From positions 690,001 through 722,000 of the forward strand of contig NC_010085.1 of the NCBI RefSeq assembly GCF_000018465.1: a DNA stretch of 32,000 nt. Reading direction: 5' to 3'. Shown piece after piece: positions 8,677 to 16,406 of this stretch (position 1 is its first letter; each line of letters begins with the position of its first letter). The translations under genes were made by a program, and so were the position numbers. The notes beneath the pieces were generated by a model. The model was not told the DNA's origin and did not search any database. It saw only the letters and a list, made by a program, of their open reading frames with translations. This stretch comes from Nitrosopumilus maritimus SCM1 (lineage in GTDB: Archaea > Thermoproteota > Nitrososphaeria > Nitrososphaerales > Nitrosopumilaceae).

Positions 8677-10138
8677 ACCTCAGCATACTCTTGATGACAA
8701 GCCAAAAGAAAATTGTGGTGTTATTGGAATCTATAGTCTAAGTGGAGCTAATGTTATTCCCATGGCAATTGATGCCTTGCGTGCTTTACAACATCGTGGT
8801 CAAGAAGCATGGGGTCTTGCAATTCCAAACAAGCCTCCTCTCAAAAGATTAGGTCTTGTTTCAGCTGCATCATCTGAATTCAAATCAATCGCACAAGAAT
8901 ATTCTTCTCCTTGCGTAATTGGACATGTTCGATATTCTACTATGGGTAGAAGCTCACTAGAAAACGCACAGCCTCTAAAAGTAAAGGATCTTTGTGTCGC
9001 TCATAACGGAACAATTGCTAATGTTCAAGAACTCTCAAACTTGGTGGGTGGATGTTCATTTACTCCTCAAAATGCTAGTGACACTTTGGTTGCTGCTCAA
9101 AGACTTGTTTCATTAATTTCTGAAAATGGACAAATGGGAAAGGCATTGTCTGTTCTCAAAAACGAGATGGTTGGCTCGTATTGTTTTACATTTATCTCTG
9201 ATGATAATTCTGTTTTTGCTGCACGTGATCCTAAAGGATTTCGTCCAATGGTTCTAGGTCACAAAGAATCTGATGATACTTACATTGTTGCATCAGAATC
9301 ATCTGCAGTTTCTGCAGTGGGAGCTAAGATGCAACGCAATGTAACTCCTGGTGAACTTATCAGAATGAGCAAAGATGGTATTGACACTGAAATGTTTTCT
9401 GATGATCCTAAACGTGCGCACTGTTCTTTTGAATTTACTTACTTTGCTCACCCAACTAGCAACATGGAAGGCACCAACATCTATGTTGCAAGAAAAAACA
9501 TTGGCAGGTATCTTGCAAAAAAATTCCCAATTAAAGATGCTGATTTAGTTATTCCAGTACCTGATTCAGCAAGACCTGCAGCCTTGGGATATGCTCAAGA
9601 ACTTGGTGTATCTTTTGATGAAGGATTACTCAAAGACAGATACAGTAAGAAAGGACCACTGCGAAGTTTCATTGAACCTCACCAAACAGATAGAGTAGAA
9701 ATTAATCGTTGGATTATTCCAATCAGAGAAATTATTGATGGAAAACATGTTGTTGTAATTGATGATAGCCTAGTTAGAGGTACAAGTTCCAAGGCTATTA
9801 TCAAAGCACTAAGACGAGCTGGTGCAAGAAAAATTAGTATGGTGATTACTTATCCTCCAATCAAATTCCCATGTTATGCTGGAATTGATTTCCCTTCTCA
9901 AGAAGAACTTGCAACATTTTCTAATGGGAAAGACCTGAATGATGAAGAAACCATTGATATGGTAAGAAAGGACATTGGTGCTGACTTTTTGGGATACAAT
10001 GATGCTGAAAATCTTGCAGCCGCAGTTGGAATTCCTGCAGACTCTATGTGCTTCACATGTGCATCTGGAAATTATGATTCTCTTGGGATTACTCCTGAGT
10101 TTAAGAGTCGGGAAGAAATCAAAGGAGAAGCAAGTTAG
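8669..10138 (+). CDS. purF: Amidophosphoribosyltransferase
   Basis: 489 aa. It has an N-terminal Ntn-type CGV(I)G, a PRTase loop VVVIDDSLVRGTS and C-terminal Cys residues. The start overlaps the purL stop. Confidence 0.9.
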   Translation: MDKPQHTLDDKPKENCGVIGIYSLSGANVIPMAIDALRALQHRGQEAWGLAIPNKPPLKRLGLVSAASSEFKSIAQEYSSPCVIGHVRYSTMGRSSLENAQPLKVKDLCVAHNGTIANVQELSNLVGGCSFTPQNASDTLVAAQRLVSLISENGQMGKALSVLKNEMVGSYCFTFISDDNSVFAARDPKGFRPMVLGHKESDDTYIVASESSAVSAVGAKMQRNVTPGELIRMSKDGIDTEMFSDDPKRAHCSFEFTYFAHPTSNMEGTNIYVARKNIGRYLAKKFPIKDADLVIPVPDSARPAALGYAQELGVSFDEGLLKDRYSKKGPLRSFIEPHQTDRVEINRWIIPIREIIDGKHVVVIDDSLVRGTSSKAIIKALRRAGARKISMVITYPPIKFPCYAGIDFPSQEELATFSNGKDLNDEETIDMVRKDIGADFLGYNDAENLAAAVGIPADSMCFTCASGNYDSLGITPEFKSREEIKGEAS

Positions 10139-10140
10139 TC

Positions 10141-10419
10141 ATGCAAGCAATTTGGAATGACACAGTAATTGCAGAAAGTGATGACACTGTTGTAGTTGAA
10201 GGTAATCATTACTTTCCCATTGATTCAATCAAAAAAGAATACTTTGAGAAAACTGACATGACTAGTTTTTGTGGTTGGAAAGGAATGGCAAATTACTATT
10301 CTGTAACAGTAAATGGAAAAACAAACAAAGATTGTGCATGGTATTATGCAGAACCAAATGATGCTGCTATGAAAATCAAAGACATGGTTGCATTTTGGAA
10401 TGGCGTTGAAGTAAAGTAA
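10141..10419 (+). CDS. DUF427 domain protein
   Basis: 92 aa. VVVEGNHYFP, FCGWKGMANYY, CAWYYAEP and AFWNGVEV match the DUF427 pattern. It starts 2 nt after the purF stop. Confidence 0.75.
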   Translation: MQAIWNDTVIAESDDTVVVEGNHYFPIDSIKKEYFEKTDMTSFCGWKGMANYYSVTVNGKTNKDCAWYYAEPNDAAMKIKDMVAFWNGVEVK

Positions 10420-10453
10420 CCCATTTAATTATTAGAAAAACTATAGGGATTTT

Positions 10454-10840
10454 GTGAAACAGTACACGGCATTGATTTGTATTGCTGTTGGGGTAATTGT
10501 GGTAATGGGAATATTTTTTGGTGCAGATTTTTTCAAATTTTCTGTTGCTACTCAAGACTATGAAATCTTTGTAGATCCTCTTTTGGATGAACAAGGAATG
10601 TTTACCATGGGCAGAGTTACAATTCAAAACATTGGTGCTAAACCAATAACAAACCTTCACATTAATTTTGGAGATGGTGATATTTTGGATATCCAAACTC
10701 TTAGTGTTGGACAAAAGATCATAGTTTCTCCCCCTCCTGAAAATTCAATGGAATTTGTGATGATTAGTGCTGATAATGACATATTTGTTAACAAGGCTTA
10801 CCGTGAAATGCCAAAAATGGTAGGTATGATGGGGTCTTAG
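10454..10840 (+). CDS. Hypothetical membrane-anchored protein
   Basis: 128 aa with a GTG start. It has an N-terminal TM helix followed by a probable beta-rich domain, and sits between DUF427 and purC. Confidence 0.5.
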   Translation: MKQYTALICIAVGVIVVMGIFFGADFFKFSVATQDYEIFVDPLLDEQGMFTMGRVTIQNIGAKPITNLHINFGDGDILDIQTLSVGQKIIVSPPPENSMEFVMISADNDIFVNKAYREMPKMVGMMGS

Positions 10841-10873
10841 CAGTTAAATCCTCTAATGACTCAGTAATTTTAC

Positions 10874-11698
10874 TTGGAATTTCTAACTAGTGGAAAGGTA
10901 AAGGATCTTTATGATGTTGATGAATCTACCCTTCTCTTCAAATTCTCTGATCGTGTTTCTGCATATGATGTAAAATTCAAACAAGATATTCCTAGAAAAG
11001 GTGAAGTCTTGTGCAAATTTGCTGAATTTTGGTTCAATGAACTAGATGTTCCAAATCATTTCATAAAACGTGAATCTGAAAATGAAATTCTTGTCAAGAA
11101 AATGAAAATGCTTCCAATAGAATGTGTAGTTCGTGGCTATTTTTATGGCAGTTTAGTAAGCAGGTGGAAAAAGGGAGAAGTCCAAGTCCCTGAGGGAACC
11201 AACACTACTCTTGCAGCCCAACTCCCTGAACCAATTTTTGATCCTACCACGAAATCTGAGCATGACATTCCAATTGATAAAAACAAAGCAATTGAAATGA
11301 ATCTAGTTTCTGAAGAACAATACAATTGGTTAGAAAAAACCTCGATTGAAATTTACAAAAAAATGGCTAAGATTACTGATGATGTTGGTTTTATCTTGGC
11401 TGATTTGAAATTAGAGTTTGGAATTCTGGATGATCAAATAACTTTGGGTGACTCTATTGGCCCTGATGAGTATCGTCTGTGGCCAAAAGACTCCTTTGAA
11501 GTTGGTAAAATTCAAGAAGCATATGATAAACAACTTTTGCGTGACTGGTTGACTGCAAATGGATATCAAAAACAATTTGATGATGCACGTGATAATGGAC
11601 AAGAACCAATTCCACCTAACATTCCATCTGAAATTATTTCAAAAATGACAGAACGTTATGTTACTGCATATGAAAAAATTTCTGGTAAATCATTGTAA
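10874..11698 (+). CDS. purC: Phosphoribosylaminoimidazole-succinocarboxamide (SAICAR) synthase
   Basis: 274 aa with a TTG start. GKVKDLY, SDRVSAYD, LADLKLEFG and the DE.R.W region are typical of PurC. Confidence 0.9.
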   Translation: MEFLTSGKVKDLYDVDESTLLFKFSDRVSAYDVKFKQDIPRKGEVLCKFAEFWFNELDVPNHFIKRESENEILVKKMKMLPIECVVRGYFYGSLVSRWKKGEVQVPEGTNTTLAAQLPEPIFDPTTKSEHDIPIDKNKAIEMNLVSEEQYNWLEKTSIEIYKKMAKITDDVGFILADLKLEFGILDDQITLGDSIGPDEYRLWPKDSFEVGKIQEAYDKQLLRDWLTANGYQKQFDDARDNGQEPIPPNIPSEIISKMTERYVTAYEKISGKSL

Positions 11699-12046
11699 AT
11701 GCATTTTTGTGTTCAATGTTGACTAATAGCTAACTTTCAACTCGAATTCTATTTTTAGAAATATCCAAAATCCCGTCCCAAAAACGTATTTCTGGACATA
11801 TCTTCCCTGATCATCGGTTTTTTGAGATTTTACAAAAAAAATCATACCATTATAAGAATTCTTTATCCAATACAATATCTATTGTAGTGGTCTAATTATT
11901 ATTGATTGCATTACAATAATTATCGTAGTAATAATGATAAATTTAGTACTATTATGATTTTTTTAAAAGTGAAAAAAAATTGATGCGATTAGACAAAAAA
12001 ATATGATACAAGGATCTTTTAGATCAGAAACAAACGTAATCTCAGT

Positions 12047-12550
12047 ATGTCTACGTTACTAGAAAAACAAATCAAAGTTAATCGTATTGTTACGACAAGT
12101 GTTGAACACGCTCGAGCAATTGAAGACCCTGCACGTGCAAAAATTGTTGAGATATTATATCGTCAAGCTCTCTCCGCTGAACAGATTACGACTGCATTAA
12201 AAAAATCTGGATTCAAAAAAGCATTAACCACAATCCGTCATCATTTAGAAATTCTAAAAGAATCAGGATTGATTGAAATTGTCAAAATTGAAGAATCTCG
12301 TGGTGCAATTACAAAATTTTACAGTACCTCTACAAAGTTACTTGATTTTGAAACCCCTGAAGATTTTGAATCAAAATATTCTAAAATCATAGACAATACA
12401 TCCACAAAAATTGAGAAAATTCTCAAAGGACTAACTCCGAAAACTGGAAAAACAAAAGGCAAAAAATCTGAAGAATATTCTCAGTATTTGGTTATGGAGA
12501 TAATGAACCGTGCCATGACAAATGTACTTGAAAATTCTGGCAAAAAATAA
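12047..12550 (+). CDS. ArsR-family winged-helix transcriptional regulator with a C-terminal extension
   Basis: 167 aa. ARAKIVEILYRQALSAEQITTAL...TIRHHLEILKESGLIE is an ArsR/SmtB-type HTH. Confidence 0.75.
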   Translation: MSTLLEKQIKVNRIVTTSVEHARAIEDPARAKIVEILYRQALSAEQITTALKKSGFKKALTTIRHHLEILKESGLIEIVKIEESRGAITKFYSTSTKLLDFETPEDFESKYSKIIDNTSTKIEKILKGLTPKTGKTKGKKSEEYSQYLVMEIMNRAMTNVLENSGKK

Positions 12551-12587
12551 TCGTTACACCTAAGTATTTCTTACAAGAAATTCTTGC

Positions 12588-12908
12588 ATGGTTCGCGTAT
12601 TTTACAGCCAGAAAACTGAAGATCTCATAGAAAAGATGACTCTTACAAATTGGCGTCAACACGTTCAACAACAACTTGGTCAAGAACACCAAGACATGTC
12701 TGATAATTGGAAAATGTGTGCAATTGGTGAGAGAATCAAAATTGAAGGTAAAGATCTTGAATCAATAAAAGATCTTTCACCTGAAGCGATCCGACTTGGA
12801 TATGAGTTTTCAGTTGCAATGCAAGAAAAAGACAACGAAAAAGCATTAGAAATCATTACAAAAATTGAACAACTTCCAACAATATGGAGAAATGAAATTA
12901 ATGGATGA
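12588..12908 (+). CDS. Hypothetical protein
   Basis: 106-aa ORF (internal ATG alternatives exist). Its stop overlaps the start region of the next gene. No recognisable family. Confidence 0.45.
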   Translation: MVRVFYSQKTEDLIEKMTLTNWRQHVQQQLGQEHQDMSDNWKMCAIGERIKIEGKDLESIKDLSPEAIRLGYEFSVAMQEKDNEKALEIITKIEQLPTIWRNEING

Positions 12909-13305
12909 AAAAGCTGTAAAATTATTTTCTGAAAAAAATCTTGTATACATTGCAACTGTGATGAAAGATGGGTCTCCACAGGTTTCACCTGTTTGGGCAA
13001 ATTATGAAGACGGTTATGTTTTGGTAAATACTGCTGAAGGAAGAATAAAACACAAAAATGTTTTACGTGATCCTAGAGTTGCAGTTTCTGTTGTTTCAAA
13101 AAATAATCCTCTTGATATGACAACAATACGTGGTGTTGTTGAAGAATTGATTCCTGATTATGATTACAAACATGCAGACAAACTTACACAGCAATACATG
13201 GACCGTGAACATTATCCATTCAAACGTGATGATGAAAAAAGAATCATACTAAAAATAAAACCAAACAAAGTTTTTGTTTTGCCTGAATTAAAAATGTCAG
13301 ACTGA
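12892..13305 (+). CDS. Pyridoxamine 5'-phosphate oxidase (PPOX) family, FMN/F420-binding split-barrel protein
   Basis: VYIATVMKDGSPQVSPVWANYEDGYVLVNTAEGRIKHKNVLRDPRVAVSVV is a typical PPOX-class motif. The ORF opens at 12865; ATG at 12892 or 12901 is the likelier start (ATGGATGA overlap with the upstream stop). Confidence 0.75.
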   Translation: MKLMDEKAVKLFSEKNLVYIATVMKDGSPQVSPVWANYEDGYVLVNTAEGRIKHKNVLRDPRVAVSVVSKNNPLDMTTIRGVVEELIPDYDYKHADKLTQQYMDREHYPFKRDDEKRIILKIKPNKVFVLPELKMSD

Positions 13306-13313
13306 CAATTTAG

Positions 13314-13343
13314 AATATTTCAAAATTCGAATTTAGAAACATA
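13314..13343. repeat. 30-bp palindromic element, copy A
   Basis: AATATTTCAAAATTC|GAATTTAGAAACATA, between convergent gene ends (13305 and 13382). Extra AATTTAGAA half-sites lie at about 13307 and about 13348. Confidence 0.8.
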
Positions 13344-13381
13344 ATAAATTTAGAATGTAGAAAAAAGGTTGCCTAGACAGC

Positions 13382-13780
13382 TTAACGTCGACGTTTAGCT
13401 GCCTTTCTCTTTGGAGCGGCTCTACGTTTAGTAGCTGCCTTTCTCTTTGGAGCGGCTTTTCTTTTAGCTGCAGTTTTTCTCTTTGGAGCTGCCTTTCGTT
13501 TTGCGGCTTTTCTCTTTGGAGCTGCTTTTCTTTTAGCTGCAGTTTTTCTCTTTGGAGCGGCCTTACGTTTAGCTGCAGTTCTCCTTTTTGGAGCTGCTTT
13601 CTTAGCTGCAGTTCTCCTTTTTGGAGCTGCTTTCTTAGCTGCATTTCTTTTACGTGCTGCCTTTCTCTTACGAGATGCTGCTGCTTTTGCGGCTTCAGCT
13701 GCTTTCTTAGCTGCATTTCTCTTGCGAGTTCTTGCTGCTTTCTTAGCTGCTTCGGCTCTTTTGGCTCTAGACATTGCCAT
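13382..13780 (-). CDS. Histone-H1-tail-like polybasic repeat protein (A/K/P/R low complexity)
   Basis: The ORF encodes roughly 11-12-aa tandem units such as AAKKAAPKRRT and AAKRKAAPKRKT, and is almost entirely Ala/Lys/Arg/Pro. The ORF opens with TTG at 13792; ATG at 13780 (MAMSRAK...) is likelier, with ATATAA about 27 nt upstream (leaderless-type geometry). Confidence 0.6.
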   Translation of the reverse strand: MAMSRAKRAEAAKKAARTRKRNAAKKAAEAAKAAASRKRKAARKRNAAKKAAPKRRTAAKKAAPKRRTAAKRKAAPKRKTAAKRKAAPKRKAAKRKAAPKRKTAAKRKAAPKRKAATKRRAAPKRKAAKRRR

Positions 13781-13881
13781 GATTTTTTTCAAAAATGATG
13801 TGTGTTATATGGTAAAAGTCACACAATATTATGTAAATAATAGAAAAACTTGACAATTATTTCTGGTTTTTATTTTTCCGA

Positions 13882-14370
13882 TCAACAATTTGTTATGCAA
13901 ATTAATGCAGTATCAACTGTTGACTGTTCTTTTTGTGGTCTGATAATTATTTTGTACATTTTTTCTTCATCAAATGGGATATCAAACTGAGTTGTTTTTT
14001 CTACTGGTTTGTTAGGTTCTAACCACTCTAACAGTAGATCTTTTGATGAAAATTCCCCATAAACTGCCTCATGTTTTTGTTCTTTTTCATCAACAATGTA
14101 AAATTGCCCTCCTGATAATAGTGTTCTTTCTTCATCTCCAATGTATTTTGCAGCAATTCCTATCATTACAAATGTGTTTTCTGGTTGTGTTTCTTTATCT
14201 CCCTCATGTGTACCTTCAAATGTTATCACATATTCAACTGGACCTACAGTAACTGTTTCTCCTGCATAAGTCTCAATAAAATTAGTCTGATATTGTGTGT
14301 ACATGAACATTGCAGCCCCCATTGAGACCAATATTCCTCCAATTACGATCACTACGCCTATTCCTGCCAC
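13882..14370 (-). CDS. Membrane-anchored hypothetical protein, possibly a DUF4352-like beta-sandwich
   Basis: 162 aa with an N-terminal TM helix (GIGVVIVIGGILVSMGAAMF) and a soluble domain. The family assignment is tentative. Confidence 0.5.
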   Translation of the reverse strand: MAGIGVVIVIGGILVSMGAAMFMYTQYQTNFIETYAGETVTVGPVEYVITFEGTHEGDKETQPENTFVMIGIAAKYIGDEERTLLSGGQFYIVDEKEQKHEAVYGEFSSKDLLLEWLEPNKPVEKTTQFDIPFDEEKMYKIIIRPQKEQSTVDTALICITNC

Positions 14371-14462
14371 AAAAAGACGTGGTTTTTTTGATATATAGTT
14401 GCATACTTTTGCAAAGTCGGTAATTTTATGCCTAATTTTTGGTAAATTAGGAATAAATAATG

Positions 14463-14484
14463 TAGTTCCCAGATCTGGGAACTA
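14463..14484. promoter_or_regulatory. 22-bp perfect palindrome, candidate operator
   Basis: TAGTTCCCAGA|TCTGGGAACTA, read directly. It lies in the 149-bp divergent spacer, 36 nt upstream of the ATG at 14520. Confidence 0.45.
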
Positions 14485-14519
14485 GAAAGGGTTAAATTCC
14501 CAAAAGTGGTAAATACATT

Positions 14520-15113
14520 ATGGATAAAACTGTAGTTTTGGGATCAATACTAGCAGTATTTGTAGTGTCTAGTTTGATGATGTCTCCTGCAGTAGCTGCC
14601 TCTATCCATGAATTTACGGCAATTGCATTGTCTTTTAGTGATGAATTCAAAGTCAGAATTACTGCAACTACTGAAATTCCACAAGATGGTACTGGTGTTT
14701 CATATGGTTATGGTGTTGTTACTGAAGAAAACTTCTTTGATACAATTTTGGTGACTGCTACACACGGTGGATTTTTGGAAAGTGCAGTACAAAATGGACC
14801 AGAAGATCCAAAATGGCATAGTCATTATGTGACTCTTACTGATGATGGTGATGTGAATAATGCATGTTCCGGTTTAGAAATTGCAGATATTTCATATCAT
14901 GCTCCTGGTGAGGTAAAAATTTACGGTGAAAATATTGTATTTGATGGTGTAAAAACACTAGACAGTGTTAATCCTATGACTGGAGAAAGTAATACTTTCG
15001 ATGGTGGTGAAAACATTGTTGCAATAATCTCATTTGACCTTACTCCTGTCTTTAATGATGGTGAACTCACAAACGTCTGTGTAGATGTTAATGGATTGTA
15101 TCCAATAAGATAA
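14520..15113 (+). CDS. Secreted hypothetical protein
   Basis: 197 aa with a signal-peptide-like N-terminus (VVLGSILAVFVVSSLMMSPAVAAS). No recognisable family. Confidence 0.55.
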   Translation: MDKTVVLGSILAVFVVSSLMMSPAVAASIHEFTAIALSFSDEFKVRITATTEIPQDGTGVSYGYGVVTEENFFDTILVTATHGGFLESAVQNGPEDPKWHSHYVTLTDDGDVNNACSGLEIADISYHAPGEVKIYGENIVFDGVKTLDSVNPMTGESNTFDGGENIVAIISFDLTPVFNDGELTNVCVDVNGLYPIR

Positions 15114-15173
15114 TCCTTTTTGATATTTTATCAAGTCTTAATTTTTCATTGTGATATTTTGTGGCATAAAATC

Positions 15174-15195
15174 CCCAATAATTTTGGGTTTTTTT
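15174..15195 (+). terminator. Hairpin plus T7 tract downstream of the 14520-15113 gene
   Basis: CCCAA-taatt-TTGGG is followed by TTTTTTT at 15189-15195. Oligo-T is the known archaeal termination signal. Confidence 0.4.
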
Positions 15196-15312
15196 CTGGA
15201 TTTTTTCAACAAAAAACAGGGGTTTAGCTTTCACGCCTAACAATAAAAGATCATACCTGTTTAGCTGGGACATCAGGGTGGTTTGAGGGTTGCATTTCAT
15301 ATCTAGGCACAA

Positions 15313-15396
15313 GTGTTCAACCCCCCCACAAAACGCCTGATTTTGAAAAAATGGTATTGTGCCTAATTGGGGTAAAATTAGAGGGGGGTTTAACGC
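15313..15396 (+). ncRNA. Second candidate structured RNA (long-range C-run/G-run helix enclosing two hairpins)
   Basis: GTGTTCAACCCCCC (from 15313) pairs with GGGGGGTTTAACGC (15383-15396): 13 of 14 positions, including one U-G. Inner hairpins are CAAAA/TTTTG (15329-15345) and CTAATT/AATTAG (15363-15381). The 3' arm resembles that of the 204-297 element. Confidence 0.3.
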
Positions 15397-15577
15397 CTAG
15401 GCATAATTCTATGAAATATGTGGTTTTAGGGATTTTTTCTAAACTCTTCAATTCTTCTAAAACTTGAATGAATATTTCCTATGAAAGAATACATTGTATG
15501 CCAAAATAGGGGGGTTTTTGGACAGAAATATTACCTAAAACCCTGGTTTATCTGAGAAATATGTTCTAAAAATTGGA

Positions 15578-15598
15578 AAAAGGGGACAATGCCCTTTT
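15578..15598 (-). terminator. Hairpin with T-rich tail downstream of the small ORF at 15619-15771
   Basis: The minus strand reads AAAGGG-cattgtc-CCCTTT followed by TTCCAATTTTT. Confidence 0.3.
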
Positions 15599-15618
15599 GA
15601 TGAAACAAGGTTCTAGAT

Positions 15619-15771
15619 TTACTGCTTTTCTAGTCTAATTGTAATTTTACCTTGTTTTGCAGTGTTTACTACTCTGAGGGCTCTATTCATTACCCCCATT
15701 CCAAATCTTGACAATTCTGTTGTAGAAATTGTAAGTTCTCTTGGTTTTGATTTTGATGTTTTTCTTTTCAT
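15619..15771 (-). CDS. Possible 50-aa basic small protein
   Basis: Hand translation: MKRKTSKSKPRELTISTTELSRFGMGVMNRALRVVNTAKQGKITIRLEKQ. TTATAT lies about 25 nt upstream of the ATG, and a hairpin/T-tract lies downstream. Confidence 0.4.
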   Translation of the reverse strand: MKRKTSKSKPRELTISTTELSRFGMGVMNRALRVVNTAKQGKITIRLEKQ

Positions 15772-15831
15772 GATTAGAATAAGGTAATTTTTGATATAAG
15801 GCCCGCGTATAACTGATAAATCGTCTATACT

Positions 15832-16281
15832 CTAGAAAGTCTTCATCAAAAATCTTGCAGTTTTTTCATGCATTTCTGATACTCTGTCCATTGCATCAAA
15901 CAACTCTTGTTGATTGATATTCCCTTCCTTGTCTAGTACGACATAAACCCCTATCTTTCGCTTACCATCTTCGGTTGTATTTTTGTTGATAGCTTGAATA
16001 GTATAGCAATAATCTGCTACTTTTTTCTCAAATTTCGCTTTCTCATCTTCACTAAACCCCAAATATCTTGCAATCTGATTATTTTTCATATTTACTTTAG
16101 AACCGATTACCAAAACACCTTGTTGCGCCTTTGGTTCAAAAATTTCTACAGGTACCCCTGCTGGACCTGCGTGTTTTACTAGAATTTGAAAAGTATTTTC
16201 TGGATTTTTAATATCTTCAAATTTTAATCCTTCATGAATTAACCATCTTTCCACATTATCTCTCATTCTTGACGCGTTCAT
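15832..16281 (-). CDS. Hypothetical protein, possibly DUF2299/YbjN-like
   Basis: 149-aa ORF. The ERWLIHEGLKFEDI... opening resembles archaeal DUF2299 proteins. The family call is tentative. Confidence 0.5.
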   Translation of the reverse strand: MNASRMRDNVERWLIHEGLKFEDIKNPENTFQILVKHAGPAGVPVEIFEPKAQQGVLVIGSKVNMKNNQIARYLGFSEDEKAKFEKKVADYCYTIQAINKNTTEDGKRKIGVYVVLDKEGNINQQELFDAMDRVSEMHEKTARFLMKTF

Positions 16282-16343
16282 TACAAATTATTCAAAGTGG
16301 TTCTATATGATTCTAAATCATTTGATCACAGTACTGAATTTAT

Positions 16344-16373
16344 AATATTTCTAAACTCGAATTTTGAAACATT
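16344..16373. repeat. 30-bp palindromic element, copy B
   Basis: AATATTTCTAAACTC|GAATTTTGAAACATT, in the spacer between the genes at 16281 and 16407. Confidence 0.8.
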
Positions 16374-16406
16374 GTAAATCTTTACTTGTAAAACATGCAT
16401 TTTATG

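Noticed and set aside
11898-11920. ATTATTG...CAATAAT inverted repeat in the long AT-rich spacer upstream of the ArsR-type regulator
   Set aside because: Arms of 7 bp made only of A/T in a very AT-rich 350-bp spacer are expected by chance.
11700-12046. C/D-box sRNA in the purC-ArsR spacer (TGATG and CTGA strings present)
   Set aside because: The box order and spacing are wrong: CTGA precedes the C-like box on the + strand. There are no terminal-stem or C'/D' motifs.
13333-13716. 127-aa ORF (QLRKQL... repeats) overlapping the polybasic repeat gene in another frame
   Set aside because: It is a frame-shadow of the same DNA repeat. The A/K/P/R frame is longer and has a start with a promoter-like context. 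The two cannot both be assumed real.
15088-15312. 74-aa minus-strand ORF in the G-run island
   Set aside because: It overlaps the 3' end of the 14520-15113 gene and its terminator hairpin. Its composition is odd and it has no start context. It is probably spurious.
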